Shown one piece after another: positions 18,445 to 26,802 of a DNA stretch of 64,000 bases; the stretch's first letter is position 1; every line of letters starts with the position of its first letter. Position numbers and translations under genes: made by a program. The notes beneath the pieces were generated by a model that saw only the letters and a program-made list of their open reading frames with translations, ran no database searches and was not told the DNA's origin. Source of the stretch: Actinomycetota bacterium (GTDB lineage: Bacteria > Actinomycetota > Thermoleophilia > Gaiellales > Gaiellaceae); assembly GCA_046727975.1 (NCBI GenBank), contig JBKPDR010000004.1, positions 47,819 through 111,818 of the forward strand, read 5' to 3'.

Positions 18445-19202
18445 ACCTTGGCCTCCGCCGGGACGAAGCGGAGCTCGGGAACGTGCGCGAGCTCGCCGAC
18501 GTCGCGTGCCATCTCGAGGAACGTGTACAGGCCCGCACGCTCGCGGGGGCCGAAGCTGTAGCGGAGCTTCTCGAAGTAGCGGGCGAGGAAGCCGGCCGGA
18601 TAGCCGTAGGTCTCGCTCGCCTGCCGGGCGAGCCGCTCCGGTTCCGCGCGCGCGAGACGCACCGATGCGACGAGGGCATGCTCGAGCTCGGTGAGCCCGT
18701 CCACGAGCGGCTCCGGGGCGGCCCAGACCGCGAACACCATGGGCAGGCCGGTGCGGTCGAGCCAGAGCCGCCCGAGATCGAAGTGCGGCGTCGGGTCCTC
18801 GAACGCGCTCCGGAGGGCGGCGTCACCGATGAGCAGCGTCGCGTCGGCGTCGAAGCCGAAGGGCACGATCTCGGCATTCGGGAGGAGGATGCGCACGAGC
18901 ACCACCGAGGTCGCGCTCTCGGGCGTCACTGCGACGGAGCGCACCTGACCGAACCGCATCCGAGTCACGAGCTGGATCGACTCCACCGCCCCCTCCGAGG
19001 AGACGCACAAGCGAGGGAGGATCCGGAGCCGGTCGGCGTTCCGGGCGTACTCGATCGACGGAATCGGAGCGACGTCGATCTCGCCGTCGAGGAGCATCTG
19101 GTTGAGCTCCGTCGGGACGCCGACCACCTCGTCGACGTCCGCTTCGAGCCCGTAGAAAACGGGCGCCATGTTCACGTACGAGATCCGGCCCAGGCGGATC
19201 AT
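18441..19202 (-). CDS. mqnA: Chorismate dehydratase (futalosine pathway, VitK2_biosynth fold)
   Basis: Internal ATG at 19202 (MIRLGRISYVNMAPVFYGL...) of the artefactually long ORF 18441..20468. The ISYxN motif favours MqnA over MqnD. ATGA overlaps at both ends. Confidence 0.78.
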   Translation of the reverse strand: MIRLGRISYVNMAPVFYGLEADVDEVVGVPTELNQMLLDGEIDVAPIPSIEYARNADRLRILPRLCVSSEGAVESIQLVTRMRFGQVRSVAVTPESATSVVLVRILLPNAEIVPFGFDADATLLIGDAALRSAFEDPTPHFDLGRLWLDRTGLPMVFAVWAAPEPLVDGLTELEHALVASVRLARAEPERLARQASETYGYPAGFLARYFEKLRYSFGPRERAGLYTFLEMARDVGELAHVPELRFVPAEAKV

Positions 19203-20380
19203 GTCCACCTTCTGAGCTCGTTGTAGAGCGTGTCGCGCTGCACGGGAATCCGGCCCGCCTCGCGGATGAAGCGGACGAGTTGCTCGACCTTCTGCTCGGT
19301 CTCCGTCCGCGCGCCGGCGGCATGGAAGATCTCCTCGCGGACCACCGTTCCCTGCACGTCGTTCGCCCCGAAGTGGAGCGCGACGGCGGCGAGCGGCATT
19401 CCCATCATGATCCAGTACGCCTTCACGTGCGGCACGTTGTCGAGCATCAACCGCGAGAAGGCCAGCATCCTGAGATCGTCCGACCCCGTCGTGTGACGCC
19501 AGCCGCGGCGCTCGAAGACCGTGTTCTCCGGGTGGAATGCGAGTGGGATGAACGCGAGGAACCCGCCCGTGCGGTCCTGCTGGTCGCGAAGCCGGATCAC
19601 GTGGTCGACCCGTTCCTCGTAGGTCTCGACGTGCCCGTACAGCATCGTGCAGTGCGTCGGGATCCCGAGCTTGTGCGCGGTGTCGTGGACGTGGAACCAC
19701 ACGTCGGGATGCTCCTTGCCCGGGGCGACGAGCCGCCGCACGCGGTCGGCGAAGACCTCCGCCCCGCCACCCGGAAGCGAGCCGAGGCCCGCGTCCTTGA
19801 GCTCTCGCAGCACGTCCTCGTGCGTGAGCCCGGAGAGCGTCGTCATGTGGTGGATCTCGGACGCCGTGTAGCACTTGAGGTGCACGTCCGGTAGCGCCTC
19901 GCGCAGCGCCGCAATCGTGTCGCGGTAGAAGTCGAAGTCCACGTGGGGGTTCTCGCCGTTCACCATGTGGATCTCCGTGAACTCCGTGACCTCCCGCTGC
20001 CGCTGAACGTCCTCGACGAGCTCCTCGGCGGTGTAGGTGTACGCGTGCGGCTGCTTGCGCGTCGCCGCGAACGCGCAGAACTTGCACTTCACGCGGCAGA
20101 CGTTGGTCTGGTTCAGGTAGAGGTTCTGCACGAAGTAGACCTCGTCCGTGCCCCCGCGTATGCGCCGCGCGAGGTCCGCGAGCTCGCCGAGGGCGAGCAG
20201 GTCGTCCGATTCGAGAAGCGCGAGGCCGTCCTCGAAGTCGAGACGCTCCCCGGCCCCGACCTTGTCCCGGATCCGCTCGAGCGTCGCGTGGTGTTCGAGA
20301 ACGGCGATCAGAAGCTCCTCTCGACGACGGCCTCGGCGAGCGCTTCGAGCTCCTCGCGGCGCCCGGCGCCGTCGAGGCAC
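19199..20380 (-). CDS. mqnE: Aminodeoxyfutalosine synthase (radical SAM)
   Basis: ORF 19199..20380. CRVKCKFCAF radical-SAM motif. ASEIHHM and FIPLAFHPENT blocks resemble MqnE. The start is uncertain: the track GTG at 20380 overlaps the upstream gene by 73 nt, homology begins near LERIRDKV, and only CTG (20311) or ATC lies there. Confidence 0.78.
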   Translation of the reverse strand: MPRRRRAPRGARSARRGRRREELLIAVLEHHATLERIRDKVGAGERLDFEDGLALLESDDLLALGELADLARRIRGGTDEVYFVQNLYLNQTNVCRVKCKFCAFAATRKQPHAYTYTAEELVEDVQRQREVTEFTEIHMVNGENPHVDFDFYRDTIAALREALPDVHLKCYTASEIHHMTTLSGLTHEDVLRELKDAGLGSLPGGGAEVFADRVRRLVAPGKEHPDVWFHVHDTAHKLGIPTHCTMLYGHVETYEERVDHVIRLRDQQDRTGGFLAFIPLAFHPENTVFERRGWRHTTGSDDLRMLAFSRLMLDNVPHVKAYWIMMGMPLAAVALHFGANDVQGTVVREEIFHAAGARTETEQKVEQLVRFIREAGRIPVQRDTLYNELRRWT

Positions 20381-21210
20381 GCCTGTGCCCTGGCAGCGTA
20401 GTCGCGGGCGACCTCACGAGAGCGCTCGAGCGCGCCCGTCGCCGCGATGCGGACGAGCGCGCCCTCACGCGAGCCGCCGGCGAGGGCCGCGCGCACGAAG
20501 GGGTCCTCGCGGGCCGCGAGGAGCAGCGGCAGCGTGGGCGTCCCGTCGTGAAGGTCGGTGCCGGGCACCTTGCCCGTCTCGATCGTCTCGCCGGCGCAGT
20601 CGAGTATGTCGTCCACGATCTGGAACGCCACGCCGAGCAGACGCCCGTAGTCCGCGCTTCCGTTCCCTAGGAGACAGGCCGCGGCGAAGAGCGCGCCGGT
20701 CTTCAGCGCACAACGTTCGAGGTAGTCCTCGATCGGGGTCTCCGGCGTATGGCGCTGACGCCGCTGCAGTGCCTCGCCCCGAGCGAGCTCGAGGCATGCC
20801 CGAGCCAGGATCGTGAGCGCACGCGGATCTTGCTGCTCGGCGAGAACGGTGAACGCGCGGGCGAACAAGAAGTCGCCCGTGGCCTTCGCGGTCTCGGCGC
20901 CGTGCTCGCTCCAGGCCGCCGCGTGACCGCGCCGCACCGGCGCCCCGTCGATGAGATCGTCGTGAACGAGGCTCGCCATGTGCACGAGCTCGACCGCCAC
21001 CCCTGCCGCGAGCGGCGGGTCGGAGCCCGGCCGCGAGGAGAGGAACGCGAGCGCCGGGCGCAGCCGCTTTCCCCCCGCCGCGAGCGCTTCGGCGCTGACC
21101 TCGGCGACGAGGCCCGGGTAGACCGAGACGGTCTCGGCAAGGCGCTCCTCGACCTCCGCGAGATACTCGTCGAGCCCGATCGCCGTCCGGACCGTCTCGA
21201 GGGCGCTCAC
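20308..21210 (-). CDS. Long-chain polyprenyl diphosphate synthase
   Basis: GTG at 21210 (VSALETVRTAIG...) within ORF 20308..21720. DDxxD motifs (LVHDDLID, IVDDILD). GTGA overlap with the menG stop. Confidence 0.85.
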   Translation of the reverse strand: MSALETVRTAIGLDEYLAEVEERLAETVSVYPGLVAEVSAEALAAGGKRLRPALAFLSSRPGSDPPLAAGVAVELVHMASLVHDDLIDGAPVRRGHAAAWSEHGAETAKATGDFLFARAFTVLAEQQDPRALTILARACLELARGEALQRRQRHTPETPIEDYLERCALKTGALFAAACLLGNGSADYGRLLGVAFQIVDDILDCAGETIETGKVPGTDLHDGTPTLPLLLAAREDPFVRAALAGGSREGALVRIAATGALERSREVARDYAARAQACLDGAGRREELEALAEAVVERSF

Positions 21211-21902
21211 GGCCGGACTCCGGTGTGCAGTGCCACGCTTCCGCCGCCCAGCAGCCTGTAGCGCACATCGCGGAAGCCACCGCTCTCGAGCAGCTTCGAG
21301 AGATCCTGCGGCCCTGGGAACCGGCGAACGCTCGCCGGGAGGTACGTGTACGCCTTGCCACCCGGGAGGAGCCGACCGGCGAGCGGGATGAGAGCGTCGA
21401 GCCAGATCCGGAAGAACGGGCGCAGGAGGCCGCGCGGCCGGGTGATCTCGAGGACCGCGACCCGTCCCCCCGGCCGGAGGACGCGCGCGAGCTCGCGCAG
21501 CCCCAGCCCGAGGTCGTCCAGGTTGCGCACGCCGAAGCCCACGGTGGCAGCGTCGAACTCGCCGTCCGCGAACGGCAGAGCCAACGCGTCTCCCTGAATC
21601 CACTCGATCGTTCCCGACTTCTTCAGCGCGCGCTCGAGCATCCGCTGGGAGAAGTCGAGGCCGACGACTCGTCCGCCGCGCCGCTCGGCCTCGATCGCGA
21701 GGTCGCCGGTGCCACAGCACGCGTCGAGGACGCGGTCGCCCGGCCAGACGACCTCTCTCACCGCAAGGCGTCTCCAGCGTCTGTCGAGGCCCGCCGTCAT
21801 GACCCGGTTCATGACGTCGTACACGGGCGCGATGCGGTCGAACATCGTCCGGAGAACGTCCGGCGGCAGCTTCCCGGACTCGTAGCTCATCGGCCTGGTC
21901 AT
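21207..21902 (-). CDS. menG: Demethylmenaquinone methyltransferase (UbiE/MenG)
   Basis: ORF 21207..21902 (231 aa). FDRIAPVYDVMN signature and SAM motif LDACCGTGD. Confidence 0.9.
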   Translation of the reverse strand: MTRPMSYESGKLPPDVLRTMFDRIAPVYDVMNRVMTAGLDRRWRRLAVREVVWPGDRVLDACCGTGDLAIEAERRGGRVVGLDFSQRMLERALKKSGTIEWIQGDALALPFADGEFDAATVGFGVRNLDDLGLGLRELARVLRPGGRVAVLEITRPRGLLRPFFRIWLDALIPLAGRLLPGGKAYTYLPASVRRFPGPQDLSKLLESGGFRDVRYRLLGGGSVALHTGVRP

Positions 21903-22084
21903 AGGCCGGCCCCCGACCTATGAGTGGGGAGGGGCGTGGGGAACCGGGAGGTTCCGAACGCTCTCAAGAAGAAGGGGGTATGCGGAGCTCTCGAAAGACC
22001 GCCATTCGCTCTCGCGAATTGCGGTCGCGGAAAGGCTTGAAGGACGGTTTCCCCCGCGAACGCGAGCCGGAGGCGAACGTTCAC
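21899..22084 (-). repeat. Intercistronic repeat (family 2) forming a 61-codon mini-ORF coupled to ubiX and menG
   Basis: GTG at 22084 overlaps the ubiX TGA (GTGA), and the stop TGA overlaps the menG ATG (ATGA). The nucleotide sequence aligns with 43475..43612 in the same transcriptional sense. It carries a 51-nt net in-frame insertion homologous to the family-1 hairpin module (stem 21999..22009 / 22014..22024). Confidence 0.75.
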
Positions 22085-22668
22085 TGGCCCCACCGGGCCA
22101 CGAGCGCGTTGTCGATCCCGATCTGGTCGAGACAGCGGGCGACGACGAAGTCGACGAGGTCGTCGATCGTCTCCGGCCCGTGGTAGAAGCCAGGCGCCGC
22201 GAAGAGGATGACCGCGCCCGCGTCGTTGAGCGCCGCCAGGCCGCGCAGGTGAATCGCCGAGAGCGGCGTCTCGCGCGGTACGAGGACGAGCTTGCGCCGC
22301 TCCTTGATGGCGACCGACGCTGCACGATGGATGAGATTCGACATGGCCCCCGAGGCGAGCGTCCCGACGGTCGCCATCGAGCAGGGGCAGATGACGTACG
22401 CGTCGACTCTCGCCGAGCCGCTCGCGTACGGGCTCCGAAAGTCGTTCTCGCCGTAGACGGTGACCTGCTCGGCGGCCGACCCGACGAACCGCTCGAGCAC
22501 GTCTTCCCGCATGAGCGAGGGGTCGCCGTAGAGTTCCGTCGCCAGCACCTCGATCCCGGAGCGCGACGCCGTGAGGCCGATCTCGCAGTCCACCGCAGCC
22601 AGTGCTCGAAGCAGGCGCTCGGCGTAGGGAGCGCCGGACGCGCCGGTCACGCCGAGGAAGACGCGCAC
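22081..22668 (-). CDS. ubiX: Flavin prenyltransferase UbiX
   Basis: ORF 22081..22668 (195 aa). GVTGASGA N-terminus and PCSM.T....A.G block. Confidence 0.9.
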   Translation of the reverse strand: MRVFLGVTGASGAPYAERLLRALAAVDCEIGLTASRSGIEVLATELYGDPSLMREDVLERFVGSAAEQVTVYGENDFRSPYASGSARVDAYVICPCSMATVGTLASGAMSNLIHRAASVAIKERRKLVLVPRETPLSAIHLRGLAALNDAGAVILFAAPGFYHGPETIDDLVDFVVARCLDQIGIDNALVARWGQ

Positions 22669-22705
22669 GGCCGCAAGGCTACCGCCGTCGCGGTCGCCCG
22701 AGCCT

Positions 22706-23524
22706 CTACTTCGGTCCGTCCGAAGCGGCCAGGAATGCGCCCAGAGCCTGAAGGTTCTGGTTCCCGAGGTACGAGTACGAGCCCATGACCGTGTTCCCGA
22801 ACGCAGCCGGGTTCATGACGTACTGGACGAAGTAGCCCGCCTCGTTCGTCTGCCCGATCTCGGAGAGATCGGGCGCGCCGAGGTTCCCCGCGCCCTGACC
22901 CAGGTACGTGTGGCACTGCAGGCACCCGGAGGTGGCGAACAGGTCGGCGCCTCGCTCTGCCTGTTGGTTGCCCCTGAAGCCCTGCTCTTCCGCCCACTCG
23001 GTCGGGATTCCATCGGCGATGAGCTCCGAGCCGAGCGCTTCCCTCGCCGTAGCCCCCTTGTACGTCAGCACCGCCATCGAGAGCACCACGAGGACGGCGG
23101 CGATCATCGCGACCGGCCGTCTCGAAGGCCGTCGCTCGCGCCGGCGATCGTAGAACGGGAGGCCGAACAGGAGGATCAGGAGGATCGTGGGGATCCCGAC
23201 CGTCGCGATGAACACCGTCTCCGGCCACTCGAAGATGCGGAGCAAGTAGAAGAGGAAGTAGAAGTACCAGTCGGGTCGAGGGATGAAGTCGGTCGTTCCG
23301 GGATCCGCCTTCTCGGCGTACAGGGGACCAAGTTGACCCGCTTCGGTACCGTCGGCGTCGGCGTACCAGATCACAGCCAAGGCGATGATCACGAGCACGA
23401 CGACGGTCGCCATGACCGTGTCGTGGAGCATCGCGCGCGGGAAGAAGGCCTTCCCCTCCTTCTTGACGTCGTCCTTGTAGCGCGCGTACTCCTCGCGGTT
23501 CAGCTCGCCCAGTTCTCGGGCCAT
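22706..23524 (-). CDS. qcrC: Menaquinol-cytochrome c reductase cytochrome b subunit IV-like domain fused to mono-haem cytochrome c
   Basis: ORF 22706..23524 (272 aa). PDWYFYFLF (PEWY-type motif of cytochrome b C-terminal half / subunit IV), three TM helices, then CLQCH haem-c site. Confidence 0.8.
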   Translation of the reverse strand: MARELGELNREEYARYKDDVKKEGKAFFPRAMLHDTVMATVVVLVIIALAVIWYADADGTEAGQLGPLYAEKADPGTTDFIPRPDWYFYFLFYLLRIFEWPETVFIATVGIPTILLILLFGLPFYDRRRERRPSRRPVAMIAAVLVVLSMAVLTYKGATAREALGSELIADGIPTEWAEEQGFRGNQQAERGADLFATSGCLQCHTYLGQGAGNLGAPDLSEIGQTNEAGYFVQYVMNPAAFGNTVMGSYSYLGNQNLQALGAFLAASDGPK

Positions 23525-24327
23525 TACCTGCGACTCCCATCGCCGCCGCGGACGAGCCCCGCGCGCGTGCCCGGGCGTGCCGTCATGGGCCGCTCACGCC
23601 CCGCCGCCTCCTTCGACCACGGCGGCGACGTGACTCCGAGTCGTGCGACGAGGTAGAGGTGGATGCCGATGAGCGCGAAGAGCGCTCCCGGGAGCAGCAG
23701 CATGTGCAGCGCGTACCACTTGGCGAGCGTGTCCCCGGTGATCTCGGGGCCCCCTGCGAGGAACTGCGCCAGCCACGGGCCGGCGAAGGGGGCGGTGCCG
23801 TTCAGGTTGATCCCCACGACCGTCGCCCAGTACGCGGTCTGGTCCCAGGGGAGCAGGTAGCCCGTGAAGCCCGAGAGCATCCCCGTCACGAGGATGCTGG
23901 CGCCGATGATCCAGTTCAGCTCGCGCGGGTACTTGTAGGCGCCGAACAGGAACACCCTCCCCATGTGGAGGAAGAGGAGGATGATGAAGACGCTCGCCCC
24001 CCACCGGTGCATGCCGCGCACGAGCCAGCCGAGCGTGAGGTCGTCGATGTGCTGGATCGACTCGTAGGCCGAGTTCGGATCCGGCTTGTAGTACATCGCG
24101 AGAATCACCCCGGTCAGGACCTGGTTCGTGAACGCGATGAGCGACGCGAAGCCGAGTGTCTGCGCCCAGCTGATGTCCCGCGGGACGTTGCGGAAGAGGA
24201 ACCACTTCGTCCCACGGACCGCCGCCGTGCGCTCGTCGATCCAGTCGAGCGGGACGAGGACGGCGGTCTCGACGAGCTTCGCGCGCCGGGTCTTCGTCCT
24301 CCTTCTCCGTGCAGGTGCGACCGCCAC
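23524..24327 (-). CDS. qcrB: Cytochrome b6-type (split) cytochrome b
   Basis: GTG at 24327 (TAGTG junction with the qcrA stop) within ORF 23524..25296. Conserved RGMHRWGASVFIILLFLHM and YLLPWDQ blocks. Ends 1 nt into the qcrC start. Confidence 0.85.
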   Translation of the reverse strand: MAVAPARRRRTKTRRAKLVETAVLVPLDWIDERTAAVRGTKWFLFRNVPRDISWAQTLGFASLIAFTNQVLTGVILAMYYKPDPNSAYESIQHIDDLTLGWLVRGMHRWGASVFIILLFLHMGRVFLFGAYKYPRELNWIIGASILVTGMLSGFTGYLLPWDQTAYWATVVGINLNGTAPFAGPWLAQFLAGGPEITGDTLAKWYALHMLLLPGALFALIGIHLYLVARLGVTSPPWSKEAAGRERPMTARPGTRAGLVRGGDGSRR

Positions 24328-25250
24328 TAGCCCGTCACCTGGCTCGGGACGATCGGGTAGAGCCACGACTCGATGCCGTCGACGTGCGTCCCCGGCGTCG
24401 ACCACGGGTACTTCGAGATCTCCGCCGTGGCCCCGGTGCCGACGACGTTGCCCACGGCGTACACCTTCCCGAGCACGAGGTTGCCGTTCCTGATCGAGTA
24501 CTCGAAGCGGTCGAGCGAGCGCACGGGCGGGCCCGCCGTGCGGTTGCCCTCGGAGTTGTACTGACCGCCGTGGCAGGGACAGCCGAACGACTGCGCCAGC
24601 ACGGGGCGGAGCTCGACCGAACGGACACGCTTCGTCGCAGCCTCGTCGATCTCCCCGTTGGGCTGCACGGGACAACCGAGATGCACGCACCGGCTGTAGA
24701 GGAGTGTGAAGCTCGGTTCTCCGCCTTCGGTGAGGCCGTTGTTCCGGACGAACACGGTGCGACGTGTCACCTCGCCCTGCCTCGGATCCTGGAGATACGT
24801 CGCGACCACGTACTTGCCTTCGGGGAAGTTCTCGATCGGGCCGAGGTCGATGTCGAAGTCCTCGACGTCCGTGAACGAGGGCAGGACCATGAAGCCGAGC
24901 ACGGGAAGCGTGAGGACGCCGCCGAGGGCTGCCGAGAGACCGATCAGCGACGCCTCGAGGAATCTCGAGCGCGGAAAGGCGGGGAGAGGCTCCTGGACGC
25001 CGTAGGCCGGCGCGGCCTCGTCGGCTACGACGCGTCGCTCTGGCTCGATCTCCGGCACCTCGCCGCGCACGTCGCGCGTGACGTCGCGCGCCCAGAGCAG
25101 GCCGAAAACGACCGCCAGCGCGGCACCGATCGCGGCTACGAGCCAGCTCAGGACGAGGCCGAGGAGGAGACACGCTATCCCGACCGCGAAGCCGATCGGC
25201 CAGAGGCTCGGCCCTGGGTGGTCGGGAGTGTCCTGACGGAATTCGCTCAA
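24327..25250 (-). CDS. qcrA: Rieske 2Fe-2S subunit with N-terminal two-helix extension
   Basis: ORF 24327..25250 (307 aa), TTG start. CVHLGC and CPCHGG cluster boxes. The extra N-terminal ~60 aa (PSLWPIGFAVGIACLLLGLV...) precede the usual TM anchor. Confidence 0.85.
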   Translation of the reverse strand: MSEFRQDTPDHPGPSLWPIGFAVGIACLLLGLVLSWLVAAIGAALAVVFGLLWARDVTRDVRGEVPEIEPERRVVADEAAPAYGVQEPLPAFPRSRFLEASLIGLSAALGGVLTLPVLGFMVLPSFTDVEDFDIDLGPIENFPEGKYVVATYLQDPRQGEVTRRTVFVRNNGLTEGGEPSFTLLYSRCVHLGCPVQPNGEIDEAATKRVRSVELRPVLAQSFGCPCHGGQYNSEGNRTAGPPVRSLDRFEYSIRNGNLVLGKVYAVGNVVGTGATAEISKYPWSTPGTHVDGIESWLYPIVPSQVTG

Positions 25251-25347
25251 CGCGGGCCCACGCCGGATTCAACCGCTCGGTCGTTACGCCTGTCAACGAC
25301 GTGACGACTGTCGCTACCGGGATTCTGACCGGTTCGCCCAGGCTACG

Positions 25348-26790
25348 TCAGGAGAACCCGTATTCGGCCCAGCGGCGCGACACCAGGTCCCGGATCTCGT
25401 CGCTCATGACGATCTCCTCGGGCCAGGGCCGAGCGTCCTCCTCCGGGAGCTTGTGAGTCGCGTCGATGCCGAGCTTCCCCCCGTAGAACTGCCGCCCAGG
25501 GGCGTGGTCGAGGTGGTCGAGCGGGCCCTCGCTGATGAGGATGTCCCTCTTGGGATCGACGTTCGCCGTCACGCGAAAGAAGACGTCGGCGTAGTCGTGC
25601 ACGTCCACGTGCGCGTCCACGACGACGATCGACTTCGAAAGCGAGAGCATCCCGAGGCCCCAGAGCGCGTGCATGACCTTCTGGGCGTGGCCGGGGAACG
25701 CCTTGCGGATCGAGACGATGACGCAGTTGTGGAACGCCCCGGCGACCGGGAGGTCGTAGTCGACGACCTCGGGCAGCGTCATCCGCACCGCCGGCAGGAA
25801 GATCCGCTCCGTCGCCTTGCCCAGCCAGGCGTCCTCGGCGGGCGGCTTGCCGACGACGATGGAGGCGTAGATCGCGTCGCGGCGCATCGTCATGGCCGAG
25901 ATCCGGAAGATCGGGAACTCCTCGGCGTGCGAGTAGTAGCCGGTGTGGTCGCCGAACGGGCCCTCGATGCCCACGTCGTCGCGAGAGACATGACCCTCGA
26001 GCACGATCTCCGCGTTCGCCGGAACCTCCAGGTCGACCGTCTTGCAGCGGACGAGCTCGACCGGCTCGCCGCGCAGGAAGCCGGCGAGCATGAGCTCGTC
26101 GATGTGGTGCGGGAGCGGTGCGCTTGCGGAGTACGTCGTGACCGGGTCGAGCCCGATCGCGACCGCGACCGGTATGCGCCCATCCTCCGCTGCAAGGAGG
26201 TCGGCACGGCCGTCCTTGTGCATCTGCCAGTGCATGAAGGTCGAGCGCGCGTCGATCACCTGCATCCGATACATGCCGAGGTTCCGGACCCCCGACTTCG
26301 GGTCCTTCGTGATCACCGCAGGGAGCGTGATGAAGGGCGCGGGATCCCCCGGCCAGCAGCGCTGGATGGGAAGCCGGCCGAGGTCGATCTGGTCGCCCTC
26401 CAGCACGACCTCCTGGCACGAGCCCTTGGAGACGGTCTTCGGCAGAGAGTCCGCGACCGACTTCAGCTTCAGGAGCCCCCTCACCTTCTCGACGAGGCCC
26501 TGCGGAGGCTGCATGTCGAGAACGTCGCCGATCTTGGCGGCCGCATCGTCCAGCTTCTCGACGCCGAGCGCGAGACACATGCGGCGCTCGCTGCCGAACT
26601 GGTTGATGAGGAGCGGGTGCTGGGAGCCCTTCGGATTCTCGAAGAGGAGCGCGGGCCCACCCGACTTCACCATGCGGTCCGTGATCTCCGTCATCTCGAG
26701 GTCGGGGTCGACCTCGGCCGAGATGCGCTTCAGCTCGCCCTCGCGCTCGAGGAGCGCGATCCACTCGCGCAGGTCTCGCGGAGGCGCCAT
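25348..26790 (-). CDS. ubiD: UbiD-family (prenylated-FMN dependent) decarboxylase, menaquinone-pathway type
   Basis: ORF 25348..26790 (480 aa). Full-length UbiD pattern (DLREWIALLE..., GPALLFENPKG, GPFGDHTGYY). Confidence 0.9.
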   Translation of the reverse strand: MAPPRDLREWIALLEREGELKRISAEVDPDLEMTEITDRMVKSGGPALLFENPKGSQHPLLINQFGSERRMCLALGVEKLDDAAAKIGDVLDMQPPQGLVEKVRGLLKLKSVADSLPKTVSKGSCQEVVLEGDQIDLGRLPIQRCWPGDPAPFITLPAVITKDPKSGVRNLGMYRMQVIDARSTFMHWQMHKDGRADLLAAEDGRIPVAVAIGLDPVTTYSASAPLPHHIDELMLAGFLRGEPVELVRCKTVDLEVPANAEIVLEGHVSRDDVGIEGPFGDHTGYYSHAEEFPIFRISAMTMRRDAIYASIVVGKPPAEDAWLGKATERIFLPAVRMTLPEVVDYDLPVAGAFHNCVIVSIRKAFPGHAQKVMHALWGLGMLSLSKSIVVVDAHVDVHDYADVFFRVTANVDPKRDILISEGPLDHLDHAPGRQFYGGKLGIDATHKLPEEDARPWPEEIVMSDEIRDLVSRRWAEYGFS

Positions 26791-26802
26791 CCCGCGGTCA
26801 GT

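Noticed and set aside
15673-18561. A 962-aa ORF on the plus strand
   Set aside because: It runs antisense to three well-supported minus-strand genes (phosphodiester glycosidase, mqnC, mqnA). Its composition is Arg/Gly/Asp/Pro-rich with no recognisable motifs. This is the typical stop-poor shadow frame of a high-GC genome.
18441-20468. Very long 5' extensions of several track ORFs (for example 18441..20468, 23524..25296, 50058..52418, 38093..39361 and 46093..49011)
   Set aside because: The extensions overlap the upstream genes in another frame and are Arg/Pro/Gly-rich. Family homology begins at internal ATG or GTG codons that form ATGA/GTGA junctions with the upstream stop, so I trimmed the genes to those starts.
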